A DNA stretch of 64,000 bases from a virus (taxonomy: Duplodnaviria; Caudoviricetes), in the IMG/VR virus record IMGVR_UViG_3300050509_000415, positions 5,253 through 69,252 of that record. One strand, 5' to 3'. Positions 1 through 9,918 of this stretch are shown here, one piece after another (positions within the stretch are counted from its first letter, which is position 1; each line of letters starts with the position of its first letter). The notes under the pieces were generated by a model, which worked only from the letters and a program-made list of their open reading frames with translations, was not told the DNA's origin and made no database searches. Made by a program: the position numbers and the translations under genes.

Positions 1-998
1 CCTGCGTCGGTCGTTACCCAGTGCTTACCGGCCTTCTTCTCGACGACGCCGCAGGACAGCGCCATTTCGAGCACGTCGCGGGCTCGGTCGAAGCCGGCGG
101 GGGATGTTATCCCGAGGGATGTGGAAAAGTGCGCATCGGTATATTTTCCATCCCGGCCACCGACCTTGGATTTACTAATACGTACCAAGTGCCGTTCGCC
201 CGTTATCTCTTCGCCTTCTTTGACGAACTCGCGGGTGATACGGCAGATGAGGCTCGAATCGTAGATTACGGACTCGCCCCCGCCGATCTCGTATTGGGTC
301 TCGAATGGCTGCGCGTTCATCTTCTTGCGCTCGCGGGCTACGACAACCAGGGCGGTTCCGGTATGGAACAGCAGAGGAATGAGTTCATCGAACCAGGCAC
401 TGTTGAGCGCGGCGCGATAGGCACCGCCCATGCCGCGCATGCCGTCGAGTCCGACCTTTTCGGCTTCTTTCTCAAGCGCCTCGGCCATTCGGTTTGGCAC
501 GAGCTTTCGAAGCGAGTCGACCACGATTAGCGCCGTGGTTTCCGAATCAAGATCGCCCTTGTCCTTGGCCTGTCCAATCGTCTCGGCAAACTGCTTCACC
601 GAGTCGCGTGTCTCTTCGTAGGTCTTAGGCCGCTTTGCTACGAATGCTGGGTTGATGGCCTGTTCGGCCATGAGCTGGGATAGCCAGGTCTGTGGGGTGG
701 TATATTCGGCGTCTACGTAGGCGAAGAAGTGTCCTCGTTCCAGGAAGCTCAAACCGAGCCCTAGTGCGAATGACGTCTTACCATACCCCGACGGCCCGTG
801 GACCAGCCCGATGCGCTCGATCGGCCAACCACCCACCCGGGTGGCCACGTTGAGCTGAACGAAATTTGTAGGTACTGCGCGTACCTTTGTAAGCACCTCG
901 CCGGCCGGCTTAAACCCCGAAAACCGGTCGGCGACTTTGGCAATGGCCGCGAGCCTTTCCCTACGCTCGCTCTCTTGGTCCTTCTTCTTGGCAGCCAA
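1..998 (-). CDS. recA: RecA/UvsX-like recombinase (3' end runs off the window; TTG start, absent from the ORF track)
   Basis: Manual translation from TTG at 998 (GAAGGA RBS upstream) gives MAAKKKDQ...LNVATRVGGWPIERIGLVHGPSGYGKTSFALG (GGxP + Walker A), FAYVDAE, LIVVDS (Walker B), GGESVIYDSS and RISKSKVG, the RecA motif order. The frame stays open to position 1. Confidence 0.92.
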   Translation of the reverse strand, partial: MAAKKKDQESERRERLAAIAKVADRFSGFKPAGEVLTKVRAVPTNFVQLNVATRVGGWPIERIGLVHGPSGYGKTSFALGLGLSFLERGHFFAYVDAEYTTPQTWLSQLMAEQAINPAFVAKRPKTYEETRDSVKQFAETIGQAKDKGDLDSETTALIVVDSLRKLVPNRMAEALEKEAEKVGLDGMRGMGGAYRAALNSAWFDELIPLLFHTGTALVVVARERKKMNAQPFETQYEIGGGESVIYDSSLICRITREFVKEGEEITGERHLVRISKSKVGGRDGKYTDAHFSTSLGITSPAGFDRARDVLEMALSCGVVEKKAGKHWVTTDA

Positions 999-1109
999 TT
1001 ATTCCTTCGGATGAACCATTAGCCGGAAGAGAAACGACAGGGCGAACACGCCACAGTAGGTGACTACAGCCGACGCCAGGTAGTACAGATAAAATTCACC
1101 GAATGTCAT
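999..1109 (-). CDS. small single-pass membrane protein (36 aa)
   Basis: MTFGEFYLYYLASAVVTYCGVFALSFLFRLMVHPKE*. It fills the gap between SSB and recA, and its stop abuts the recA TTG. Confidence 0.55.
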   Translation of the reverse strand: MTFGEFYLYYLASAVVTYCGVFALSFLFRLMVHPKE

Positions 1110-1120
1110 GGTAGTAACCC

Positions 1121-2299
1121 TCAGAACGGGATTGTCTCGTCTTCGGCCGCTTCGTACTTTGTGCCGCATTTTAGGCATGCGAGACTATCTGGTCCCATAT
1201 AGGCCTCGCACGTCGTACAAAAGTCTTCGGGGTTGGCATCCGCCGGGGGCGTGGGTGCGGTCTTCGCCGGCATGGTCGGAAGCGGCGTCTCGGCACGCTG
1301 CGTAAAGCCTTCGCCGCGGTAGAACCCGTTTTCATCGCAGGCTTTTATCGCCGGGCCAAAGACGTAATCCCAATCGAGCGATTGCACACAGGCCGATTCC
1401 ATCTGGGTCCAGAGCGCCCGCACGTTCCAAGACTCGAAGAAGCGCGATACATCCGGCGGTGGCTCATCCACGATTTGCCGACGAATCTCGTCGGTGATGC
1501 CGACCAACGGCACGGCCGAGGCGGAATATTGCTTTGCACCGGGTAAATTCTGATCGTACTGCCAGGCAATCGCATAGGGATTTGCCATCGGGTCGCCCTT
1601 TGACCCGGCCTGCTTTCGCTGGGTGGCGATCTGGGCGATCATCGAGTCGCCGAGCGATTTGCTTTCGAGTACCGGCTGTACGCCCGCCGACGGGTCGGCA
1701 TGGTCGAGCACACTAAACAGGTACTTCTTGCGGCAGAGCGTGTTCTCGGCCCAGGGCTTCTTGATACCGGCCTTCTTCACCTCGTCGGCCTGCTCGGGCG
1801 ACATGTACTTGTCATCGAATCCGCCAAAGATGCCGCCGGCATGAAGTACGATCTTCTTACCGTTGCCTTCGTAGACGAAGAGCTCGTCGGTAAGGTTCAG
1901 ATCGCCGGATTCGACCAGGTCTCGGACATGCTCCTGAAGCCTACAGATGGGGCATGTGTTCGGGGGATACTCACGCTTCCCGCTCGGCCCACGGAAGTAC
2001 TGCTTCTCGTTGGTCTTGTCCGCCTCGAGACATCGAATTTTGCCGAAATAGACTTCGGGGATATCCGGGTTGTCGCGGTTTTTCCCGATTCGTGGAAACT
2101 GGTGCTGGTAGATTCGGTAGAACAGCGATTTCGTATGTAGCCACACCAGGATCTCTGACTGGCCTTGTGGCGTCTTTCGCTTGTAGGACCAACCGGAGAT
2201 GGTGTTGGCTTTCCGGTCGTTACGGTTGAAAGATTTGCGCTGTCCGCCACCGGAAGCTTCGCGAATGAGGTCGTCGAGGGATTGTCCTTGCATGGTCAT
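1121..2299 (-). CDS. phage single-stranded DNA-binding protein (gp32-like), with Zn-ribbon and acidic C-terminal tail
   Basis: Sits next to recA and UvsY-like genes. Has CPIC and CxxC...CxxC motifs and ends in AAEDETIPF, resembling the bacterial SSB DDDIPF tail. Confidence 0.7.
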   Translation of the reverse strand: MTMQGQSLDDLIREASGGGQRKSFNRNDRKANTISGWSYKRKTPQGQSEILVWLHTKSLFYRIYQHQFPRIGKNRDNPDIPEVYFGKIRCLEADKTNEKQYFRGPSGKREYPPNTCPICRLQEHVRDLVESGDLNLTDELFVYEGNGKKIVLHAGGIFGGFDDKYMSPEQADEVKKAGIKKPWAENTLCRKKYLFSVLDHADPSAGVQPVLESKSLGDSMIAQIATQRKQAGSKGDPMANPYAIAWQYDQNLPGAKQYSASAVPLVGITDEIRRQIVDEPPPDVSRFFESWNVRALWTQMESACVQSLDWDYVFGPAIKACDENGFYRGEGFTQRAETPLPTMPAKTAPTPPADANPEDFCTTCEAYMGPDSLACLKCGTKYEAAEDETIPF

Positions 2300-2311
2300 T
2301 TCTTTATATTC

Positions 2312-2806
2312 TCAATGGTCGTTTAATGATTTGAGTGCGTAAACTCTTGACTGGAACCTATCGGCGAAACGCTCAAGGTGCTTAAGCGTGGCGTCGGCCC
2401 GCTTTCGCGCGGTAACTAACGATGAGTATTCGTCTGGATACATTGTCGCCATTTTGGCCTTAACGTCGGCTTCTGTAATGGCTTTCGCATGGTTTCCCAT
2501 CGCCTTATCACTAGATAGCTCCGAAATCGCATCCTCTCTCATTTGGGCTTCTATCCGATCTAAAGCCAGGTCGCGCATTTCAAATTCGTATTTGGCGGCT
2601 ACATAAGCACGATGGGCTTGCAGGGCGTTGTTATCGGCAACGTTAAGCGCCGCTCGTATTGCCTGGGGCTCGAGCGCATTTTCAATTTTAAGCTGGGGCT
2701 CTAGTCGTTCGTAAATGTCCGCCACGTCAGCTCTGATGATCGTCTCGACGATCCGGTTGAACTGGTCCGATTCGGACGGAAGTTGGGGGAGGTGTCGGGT
2801 TGCCAT
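2312..2806 (-). CDS. UvsY-like recombination mediator (coiled coil)
   Basis: 164 aa, all-helical, with ITEADVKAKM...Y and a C-terminal RFQSR..LKS. Lies between SSB and polymerase, a typical UvsY context. Confidence 0.55.
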   Translation of the reverse strand: MATRHLPQLPSESDQFNRIVETIIRADVADIYERLEPQLKIENALEPQAIRAALNVADNNALQAHRAYVAAKYEFEMRDLALDRIEAQMREDAISELSSDKAMGNHAKAITEADVKAKMATMYPDEYSSLVTARKRADATLKHLERFADRFQSRVYALKSLNDH

Positions 2807-3372
2807 TATTTGTGACTATCTATATAATCGGCGCCAGAGCGGAGCGTCGATGGCATGTCTTTTGCAAACCCGAGCATCTTATTACAGGGGTTGCATAACA
2901 ACCCCCTCACACGACCGGTTACATGGTCGTGGTCGACCAGCAGGGTTTCCCGCTTGCCACATATTGCACACAGGCCAGCTTGTAATTTATCTAAATCGCG
3001 AACTTCTTGAGAGGTTAGCCCATATTTCCTGAATAGTTTTCGTTCTCGGTACTTCTCGTAGTTGGATTCATAATGGTTGCGACTATACTCCCTAATTCTC
3101 TCTGCATTGGCTTCTCTATATTTACGATGCCTCTCCCGTTCCTTGTCAAGATTAAATTCTCGATATTTGCGACGCCTCTCTCGTTGGCGCTCGTTATTAG
3201 AGCTATAGTATTCCCGCTGCCTATCTAATAACTCATCGCGGTTGTCCTCGTACCACTTATGTTGGTAAGCCCGAATTTTCTCACGGTTCGCTTCTCGATA
3301 CTTTCGATGGTACTCTCGCCGCCTCTCTCGACGCTCTGCGTCAGATAGTTTGACTTTCTGGCCGTTGACCAT
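2806..3372 (-). CDS. recombination endonuclease VII-family (His-Me) nuclease, possibly homing
   Basis: CAICG...LLVDHDHVTGRVRGLLCNPCNKMLG signature and a repetitive Arg/Glu/Tyr N-terminus. More AT-rich than its neighbours. Confidence 0.9.
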   Translation of the reverse strand: MVNGQKVKLSDAERRERRREYHRKYREANREKIRAYQHKWYEDNRDELLDRQREYYSSNNERQRERRRKYREFNLDKERERHRKYREANAERIREYSRNHYESNYEKYRERKLFRKYGLTSQEVRDLDKLQAGLCAICGKRETLLVDHDHVTGRVRGLLCNPCNKMLGFAKDMPSTLRSGADYIDSHK

Positions 3373-3426
3373 CCTTGATTACTTATATGCCGCGGTCTTC
3401 GACGAGTGTAATGACCAAAGCAATTC

Positions 3427-5799
3427 TTAGGCAACTCCCGCCTTCTTCGCCATCGTCTCGTCGATCCAGTCGATTAGGTCGAGCTTGCGCCGGGCGAACT
3501 CGAGTTTCTTCTTTTTGCGAGTGTCACGTACATAGTCAAATTCGAACAAGTCGGCCTCGGGGAAGGCAGCGGCAAGCAACCGACGGGTCGGCGGCCAAAT
3601 GATATTCTCCCACAACTCAAAGCGGTCGAACTCACCGGTCCAGTCCTCGGCTGGGATGACCCGCTTAGGCTTGGCCGCCCCGTCGACCACCACGTAGTCA
3701 ACCTTCACCCCTTCGTCTACCTCTCGACCGCGTTCGGCCAGGATCAGCCCAACTTCGACATGGGGCGGCAGCTGGGATGGTTCGCCGTTCTTCTTGGTCT
3801 TGCGGACGTAACCCTTAAGCGGCTTGCCCAGTGACTTGGATACCTTCACGTCCACGAGCTCGAGCGGGTCGTTCAGGACTCGGGCTTTATACCTCGCACA
3901 GATCTCTGTAAACCGGCTCGCGTCTTCGCATCGCGCTTTGCAGAACAGGTCAATCACTTCCTTCTGCATCGACCGGGTCATACGGGCCGAATCGCCGCGC
4001 TTGAACTCGAAGCCCTTGATTTCAGGCTCGCTATCGTCACCGGCCATCTTGCCGCCCTTGTGCAGCACCCTTCCGACATATCTTTTTGCTATGGCCTTGC
4101 CGTCGTCGTCGACTGGGATGATCAACCGCTCGAATTCTTTGTCGTAGCCGAGCGAGATACGGTTCGTCTTGCAACCGATCTCGGTCACGAGCGGCGGAAT
4201 CAGCTCTTCGTTGCAGTAGGCAATGAAGCGGCGGAAGTCTTCGGTCGTCGCACCGAGCACGAAGCTCGAATCCGTGTCGCTCGCAAGGGTTTCGTAGCCG
4301 CGGATTTCGCCAGCCTTGATAACGTTCTTGATCAGCCATGCACCGGCCTGGGTAATGGCCTCGGCGACGTACCGGTCGAAGAACCGCGACCACGGCGACC
4401 CAATAACCCCGTAGAAGGCGTTTGCGGCAATTTTATACGCCGTCACTCGGCGATATGCGTCAATCCACTCCGGCGTATTGGGCTCGGCTTCCTTCTTCTT
4501 CTTGTCCCAGAACTTCCGCAGCTCGAGGATTTCTTCGAGTGCGACCACGAGGATTCCCTTGACTCGCGTATCAAACCACTCGTCGGTGCCGGGCGCTTCG
4601 CATACATAAGCCGGGCGAGGTCCTTCCCCCTTGAGCACCCTGGTTTCGGGGCTGGCGTTCCAGGTGATGATGATCGACGGGTACAGGGACGAAAAGTCGC
4701 AAACCTGGACCGACTTGAGGATGCCGGATTTCGTCGGGTGTAGGACGAAGGCGCCCTTGTACTTATCGGTCTCAGTGCCGCCGCGTTCCAACCGGGTCTT
4801 AAACCGATGCCCGGTGCGCTTGGCAATGGCAAACAGGTAGCCTTCCACCCGGGTGGCGGGACGCAGGCCGGATGAGTCGGGAAAGACCCCGCATACATCA
4901 CACAGTGTCTGAAAGAGCTCGACGTAGCCCGTCTTGAGCTCGATATCGCGCATGAGCTGGGTGTCGCGGGCACAGTAGTCGGCTAGTTTCTTCCGGTCGC
5001 CGGTCGCCCATTCCTGCCATGTCTTCGACGAATCGAAATCGTCTTTTCCGTACCCCAAAACCGCCTGGGCAATCGACTCGAGGGCCAGCGATTGCTTTTC
5101 GTCGCCAGACTCGGCGGCCATGACGTTCATACGTTCAAAGAGGCTCATATGATCGAGCCAGAGCCAGCGGCGGGGCTGGATGTACGTAAGCTTACACTTC
5201 TTGGTCCGGGCCTTAATCACCTCAAAGTCGAACCGGTCGCCGTTCCACGAAAGCACCTGGTCGAATTGGTCCAACGTATCCCACATCGCCCGTAGCAACG
5301 TTGACTCGGACTCGTCGTTATCCTCCCCGAGCATCCCCCTAAACTCACGGCCGGTCTTGGCGCATACCAGGGTCCAACACAGCACACGGGCTTCTTCCTT
5401 GCGGGAGAAGGGCACCCGAGAGTCGGTTTCGATGTCTAGGTAGACGGCGCGGGGGCGTACGATCTTGCGGCCGGTGTCGGTTAGGTACCGGCGGGCCGGG
5501 GCTACGTCACCATCGTAGGTAAAAACGCCGCGTGTGCGGGGTAGGATCTCACACATCTTGCGGCAGACATCGCGTTCGGCGAACTTAACCCGCCAGAAGT
5601 CACCGTCGGCTTGGACCCCTACGACCGCCTCGGACTGACAGAGTTCGACGTATAGGTCGCGGGGCGTTTCGTCCTTCTTCAGAAATAGCGAGTGCTCGGC
5701 CGGTCGGCGGTTGAGCCAAACGCGGTCTCCCTTCCGCTCAATAAGCACTAACTCGTTTTTGCGGTAGTCAATATAGGCCGAAAGTAGACCGTCTTCCAT
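3427..5799 (-). CDS. family B DNA polymerase with 3'-5' exonuclease
   Basis: Exo I YLDIETDS, Exo II SWNGDRFDF, Exo III YCARD, motif A DFSSLYPSII, motif B KIAANAFYG, motif C ASDTDS, then KRYVG. Confidence 0.97.
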   Translation of the reverse strand: MEDGLLSAYIDYRKNELVLIERKGDRVWLNRRPAEHSLFLKKDETPRDLYVELCQSEAVVGVQADGDFWRVKFAERDVCRKMCEILPRTRGVFTYDGDVAPARRYLTDTGRKIVRPRAVYLDIETDSRVPFSRKEEARVLCWTLVCAKTGREFRGMLGEDNDESESTLLRAMWDTLDQFDQVLSWNGDRFDFEVIKARTKKCKLTYIQPRRWLWLDHMSLFERMNVMAAESGDEKQSLALESIAQAVLGYGKDDFDSSKTWQEWATGDRKKLADYCARDTQLMRDIELKTGYVELFQTLCDVCGVFPDSSGLRPATRVEGYLFAIAKRTGHRFKTRLERGGTETDKYKGAFVLHPTKSGILKSVQVCDFSSLYPSIIITWNASPETRVLKGEGPRPAYVCEAPGTDEWFDTRVKGILVVALEEILELRKFWDKKKKEAEPNTPEWIDAYRRVTAYKIAANAFYGVIGSPWSRFFDRYVAEAITQAGAWLIKNVIKAGEIRGYETLASDTDSSFVLGATTEDFRRFIAYCNEELIPPLVTEIGCKTNRISLGYDKEFERLIIPVDDDGKAIAKRYVGRVLHKGGKMAGDDSEPEIKGFEFKRGDSARMTRSMQKEVIDLFCKARCEDASRFTEICARYKARVLNDPLELVDVKVSKSLGKPLKGYVRKTKKNGEPSQLPPHVEVGLILAERGREVDEGVKVDYVVVDGAAKPKRVIPAEDWTGEFDRFELWENIIWPPTRRLLAAAFPEADLFEFDYVRDTRKKKKLEFARRKLDLIDWIDETMAKKAGVA

Positions 5800-6773
5800 C
5801 AGTCAAGCCGCTTGCGCGTAATACGAAGTATCAGGCTTCCGTCGGTGTCTTCGAGGACGCGATATCTTATTGCCACATCGTTCGATAGAACCTCCTCGCC
5901 AACCGGGTTATCCCCGATGCAGAAGGCGCGGTCGCCGCTATCATCGTCGGCCATCAATTCGATCGTCCGATCCGTCGCCGCCATGGCCAGGGTAATGGAA
6001 TTGGCCGGTGGTAACCGATCGACCGGTTCGGGTCGCCCTTTCACGACGGCCACCGCGCGCTCCAAATCCCTCTTGGACGCGCCTTGGCGGGCTTGGTCTA
6101 CCAGCCTGTCCCGGTACTCCGGAGGCACCTGGAGGGCCACTGCAAGCCGCGTATGGCCTATCTCTTTTACTTCCTTCTCGCTGAAGTGTGTGGCCACTTC
6201 GACACACTTCATAGCCTGGGTTCTACCAAGGCCGGCCTCGGCCCGGGTCCACTGCCCAAACTCGGCATACTTGGGCTTACCATCCTTGGTCTGCCGCATG
6301 CGCCACAATCCGCGGACGTGGACGTCGCGAAGCATGACCCCGAGTCGGTGGTAGTTCTTCGCCATCTCGTTCTTGAGCTTACGGATGGCCTCGACGGTAT
6401 CGTCCAGGGACGCCTCGGTTAGGACTTCGACCTGTGCAAACCCGGTCTCAAAGGTTTTCATCCCATCAAAGTTGGTTGGCAACCGTTCGAGTTCAAACGC
6501 CAACTGCGTACCCTCTATCGTTCGTCCGTCGTCCAATTCAACCTCGGCGTCACCGCAGAATGGGCAACGTAGAAAATGTGTCGTATCGCTGTAGCCACCG
6601 CAGTCGCAGTCGACCAGTTCGTCGGGGTCGCAGTTCTGGTCGATCCAGGTGGCCATCCGTTCGACGCGGGTGTCCTGCGACCCGGTGCTTAGGAGTCCCA
6701 AGCGGGTAAGCTCTTCGTTCAGAACGTCGTGTCGTAAATCACGGGGAGAAATTCCCCAGACCTTTTTACCCAT
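5799..6773 (-). CDS. Zn-finger plus helical (DUF3102-like) putative DNA-binding protein
   Basis: CDC...CPFCG, followed by a segment (YHRLGVML...FGQW...GLGRTQAMK) resembling DUF3102-type phage proteins. Stop and start overlap the polB start. Confidence 0.45.
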   Translation of the reverse strand: MGKKVWGISPRDLRHDVLNEELTRLGLLSTGSQDTRVERMATWIDQNCDPDELVDCDCGGYSDTTHFLRCPFCGDAEVELDDGRTIEGTQLAFELERLPTNFDGMKTFETGFAQVEVLTEASLDDTVEAIRKLKNEMAKNYHRLGVMLRDVHVRGLWRMRQTKDGKPKYAEFGQWTRAEAGLGRTQAMKCVEVATHFSEKEVKEIGHTRLAVALQVPPEYRDRLVDQARQGASKRDLERAVAVVKGRPEPVDRLPPANSITLAMAATDRTIELMADDDSGDRAFCIGDNPVGEEVLSNDVAIRYRVLEDTDGSLILRITRKRLD

Positions 6774-7328
6774 TGCGACCGGAGAACTGCTTGCATTCGG
6801 CTGGAAAGAATGACTTCCAGATAGATATCTTCTTCATGGTTGCGTTTCCCTTTCGGCAATTACACGTTACACACATGCTGGCACGATATTTTCGATGTCG
6901 TGTAAACCGCCGTTTGATAGTGCTAGGACGTGGTCCATCGTCAACCGATTGGACGCACAGCCGCAGTAAGCACACCGGTAATCATGAAGCTTGAGTATAA
7001 TCTGCCACTGCTCTCCGTTTACCCCTCGTCCGCCCTTGCCTAGACGCCGACCGCGTGTACCGCTGCACTTTATCATCTCGTGACATTCTTTAAATGAACG
7101 GTTTGTATTCTGTTCTAACCAACGTCGTACCAACCACTTGGGTTCTTTAGACTTCTTGGTTCGATAGAAAACCCGACCATATTCTCTACGCGGTTCGGGG
7201 TTTTTCCAGTAATAGTCGCTACAGCGACTTCTGTCACAAGTCCTACATAAAGCGCCTACACGCGACTCAGGAGTCAACTCGACTTCACATCGCGAGCAAG
7301 TAGTTCGTCGATGACCCTTCTTTCCCAC
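6766..7328 (-). pseudogene. HNH endonuclease interrupted by a +2 frameshift in a (TG)n run
   Basis: Frame 1 reads RCAYCG...TMDHVLALSNGGLHDIENIVPACV* (stop at 6867-6869). The missing TCNCRKGN continues in another frame to the stop at 6766. Removing one GT from TGTGTGTAACG restores ACVTCNCRKG. Confidence 0.8.
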
Positions 7329-7796
7329 TTATACCCAGACGTACCCTTGGGTGGGTACTTCCGTCTTCCGCTCATCGTCCGAAATCTCGGACGCCGGAAT
7401 GATCTTTACATGGCCACTTTTGATGTACTCGGGGAGTGTTACATATTCACCCCATGCGAGTTCTTTGCGCTTACGCTCGACGTAGCGTTCGCTATAGCCA
7501 GGCGTGGTTCCTTTACCGGGTTTCCAACCCTCGTCTTTTGGACATTCGGTACCGTCTGGTCGAAACCATGCGTATTCGCAGTTGCGCTCGAACGCGGTTG
7601 ACGCTTCAAGCGTGTCGTCTTCTGAAATGCTGTAGTCTTCACCACAGCACGTACAGGTGACCCGGTTGGGATTACGACCGAAGCGGGAAAAGAAAACCGA
7701 CTTGGCTTCGGCTTCCGGCGCTTCGATGAAAATGTGTCCCCAATCGAGCTTCTGATTCCCACCGCTGTGCATGTCGTGAAAATGCGTCCAAACCAT
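7329..7796 (-). CDS. conserved phage hypothetical protein (CTCCGED motif)
   Basis: 155 aa with normal composition, contiguous with its neighbours. The FIEA...RFGRNP.RVTC.CCGEDY pattern is familiar from phage hypotheticals. Confidence 0.7.
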   Translation of the reverse strand: MVWTHFHDMHSGGNQKLDWGHIFIEAPEAEAKSVFFSRFGRNPNRVTCTCCGEDYSISEDDTLEASTAFERNCEYAWFRPDGTECPKDEGWKPGKGTTPGYSERYVERKRKELAWGEYVTLPEYIKSGHVKIIPASEISDDERKTEVPTQGYVWV

Positions 7797-7803
7797 ACCC
7801 CAT

Positions 7804-8424
7804 CTATGCCGCGATCAGGGCGTCCACGACTTTGCGCGCCAACGCAAACGCCTCGGAGTAAGACGCAATGCGTAACCCGAGTTCGGTACGACGGTCCAGA
7901 ATGTCCATTGCGGCGGACGTGAGGTCGCCGTCAACCTTAACCACAATACGCACGGTCTCGCGAACCCGAACGTCGCCGGCAAACAACCGGTCGATCATGG
8001 CGATGTGCCGGGCCTTCTCCGAGTCCTCTTCCTGGTCGCCATCGACGATGAGCCACTCTTCAAACGGCGGACAGTCCGTAAGGGCGTGCGACGAAAGCCG
8101 CGACATGGCGATGGGGTGCCGGCTCTTCGCCCGGTCGTCCCGGCGTAACGCCCCGCGTTGCCGGTGCATCCACTTCTTCGCCCGGTTATTCGCGTTCCAC
8201 TGCACGTATTGTTTCAGGGTCTTGCCGCGCGTCGGATCGTAATCCGGCAACACGGCGAAAACCGCGAGTAACATCTCTTGGACTACGTCTTCGAGCTCGA
8301 CGTCGGCCGGACACTTCCAACGGCGCATCAGACCCATTGCCATCGAACGCCATTGGGACCGGGTGCGGCGTACGAATTCGGCGAACGACCCACCGTTACG
8401 CAGCCTGATGAGTGCTTCTTCCAT
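7804..8424 (-). CDS. sigma-70-family (ECF-like) RNA polymerase sigma factor
   Basis: Region-2-like segment ELEDVVQEMLLAVFAVLPDYDPTRGKTLKQYVQWNANNRAKKWMHRQRG. 206 aa with a helical C-terminus. Confidence 0.75.
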   Translation of the reverse strand: MEEALIRLRNGGSFAEFVRRTRSQWRSMAMGLMRRWKCPADVELEDVVQEMLLAVFAVLPDYDPTRGKTLKQYVQWNANNRAKKWMHRQRGALRRDDRAKSRHPIAMSRLSSHALTDCPPFEEWLIVDGDQEEDSEKARHIAMIDRLFAGDVRVRETVRIVVKVDGDLTSAAMDILDRRTELGLRIASYSEAFALARKVVDALIAA

Positions 8425-8477
8425 CTGCCGCTATCTTTGACACGTTATGGGCAAGATGCAAGCAAAAAAAGCGATAT

Positions 8478-9428
8478 TTATCCTACATCCAGGCCCGCGG
8501 CGATCAGTCGACTATGCAGCGCATCGGTGGACAAATCGGCGGCGTCAAGACCCGGCGGAAGTTCCACCCGGGTGACATCGGTCCAACGCTGTAGGACCTT
8601 GAGCGCACATGCTACGCGCTCGCCGGCTTTGTCCGGATCTGACGCGATTATAACGCGCTTGAATTTCGATAGCTTCGAGTAGACGGTGAGACCTGGGTTG
8701 GAACCACCGAGTGCGGCGACATAATCGGCCCCTGCTCGCTCACAGGCCAGTGCATTGAATGCACCTTCGGTGACTACGACCTGCGAATCCGCCTCGTCCT
8801 CGGGCCACCAACGCTCGCCAAAGATGACAGTGCGGTCGGGGTTGGTTTCGGGCTTGGGGGTGAGGTATCGTGGGCGGGCTCCGACCATCGTACGGGCCAT
8901 GAAGCCGTGTAGGATCCCGGCCTTGTCATGAATAGGAAATATGACGCGGTTGGCTAATTCCCCATATGTTCCGACGTGAAGCATCCATCCGAGAATTTGG
9001 TGTTTAGTAACCCCACGACCTTCTAGGTAGTTTGACGACCAGTTGAATTTCCATTCGTCGTATGCGCGATTGGCAATTTTCACACAACCGTCGGGCAACC
9101 CCGTAAACTTCGGCTTACCCGCGAACCCACCGCCGACGCTAATCGTAAGTCTTTCCGGCACTGCCGAAACGGTATCGCCTTCGACCCCATTTGCGCGCAG
9201 CCACGCTTTGGCCGAATCCGTATCCAGGTTCAGGACTTGGCTAACCAGCGAAACAACGCCTCCGCCGGCTTGGCATGACCAACAGTGGAAAAGACCAGTT
9301 TCCGCCTGCATTTGCCAGGACGGATTACGATCGCTGTGCAGGGGACACTTGGCTTGGTACTCGCGGCCTACGCGCTTGGCATCGATGTCGAGCAGAGCGA
9401 GCAGACGTGGGACGTCGTAGGTTTTCAT
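8478..9428 (-). CDS. dnaG: DnaG-type DNA primase (CHC2 Zn finger + TOPRIM)
   Basis: CPLHSDRNPS...FHCWSCQAGG, VIFPI..GFMAR, VVVTEGAFNALA and IIASDPDKAG. Confidence 0.93.
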   Translation of the reverse strand: MKTYDVPRLLALLDIDAKRVGREYQAKCPLHSDRNPSWQMQAETGLFHCWSCQAGGGVVSLVSQVLNLDTDSAKAWLRANGVEGDTVSAVPERLTISVGGGFAGKPKFTGLPDGCVKIANRAYDEWKFNWSSNYLEGRGVTKHQILGWMLHVGTYGELANRVIFPIHDKAGILHGFMARTMVGARPRYLTPKPETNPDRTVIFGERWWPEDEADSQVVVTEGAFNALACERAGADYVAALGGSNPGLTVYSKLSKFKRVIIASDPDKAGERVACALKVLQRWTDVTRVELPPGLDAADLSTDALHSRLIAAGLDVG

Positions 9429-9580
9429 CGCTCTCTGTCTTCGAGCACTTTGGCGATTCTATTCAGGGCTGAAACGATTTGATTTCCCTGCCGATGCATC
9501 GTATCAAGAACATCCCAGATCAAAATCGAGGCGAGTGAGAACGCGACTATAAATACAATAAATATGAATTCGATGGTCAT
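9425..9580 (-). CDS. small membrane protein (51 aa)
   Basis: MTIEFIFIVFIVAFSLASILIWDVLDTMHRQGNQIVSALNRIAKVLEDRER*. ATGA overlaps at both ends. Confidence 0.6.
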   Translation of the reverse strand: MTIEFIFIVFIVAFSLASILIWDVLDTMHRQGNQIVSALNRIAKVLEDRER

Positions 9581-9828
9581 TTAAACTTTGCCCGCGCAAT
9601 GATCTTTTCCTCTTCGAGCAGATTCAGAAACTTCTGATACTCAGAGGTCATGTACTCGCCGCTACGCTTATGGGGCGACGGGGTTGTCTCCATCGCCTGG
9701 GGCGACTCGACCGCCGTATCGACATCCCATGGGTCCCGCGGTTCGGGCTCTTCATCGCGCGCATAGGCCTCCACGATGTCTCGAATCTCGGAAGCAGGCT
9801 TGCGCTTGTACCGGCCTATCTCTCGCAT
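9577..9828 (-). CDS. hypothetical protein
   Basis: 83 aa ORF on the operon strand, with its stop overlapping the next start. Confidence 0.55.
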   Translation of the reverse strand: MREIGRYKRKPASEIRDIVEAYARDEEPEPRDPWDVDTAVESPQAMETTPSPHKRSGEYMTSEYQKFLNLLEEEKIIARAKFK

Positions 9829-9918
9829 CGGGTTTTCACCTTTTCGGGAAAAAGGGGACTGGGTCCAGACAGTTAGATGGATTTCTGAAAGGACCCGGTC
9901 CGCAGTCTGTACTTTGCT

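Noticed and set aside
21-530. 169-aa plus-strand ORF
   Set aside because: Antisense shadow of the recA-like gene.
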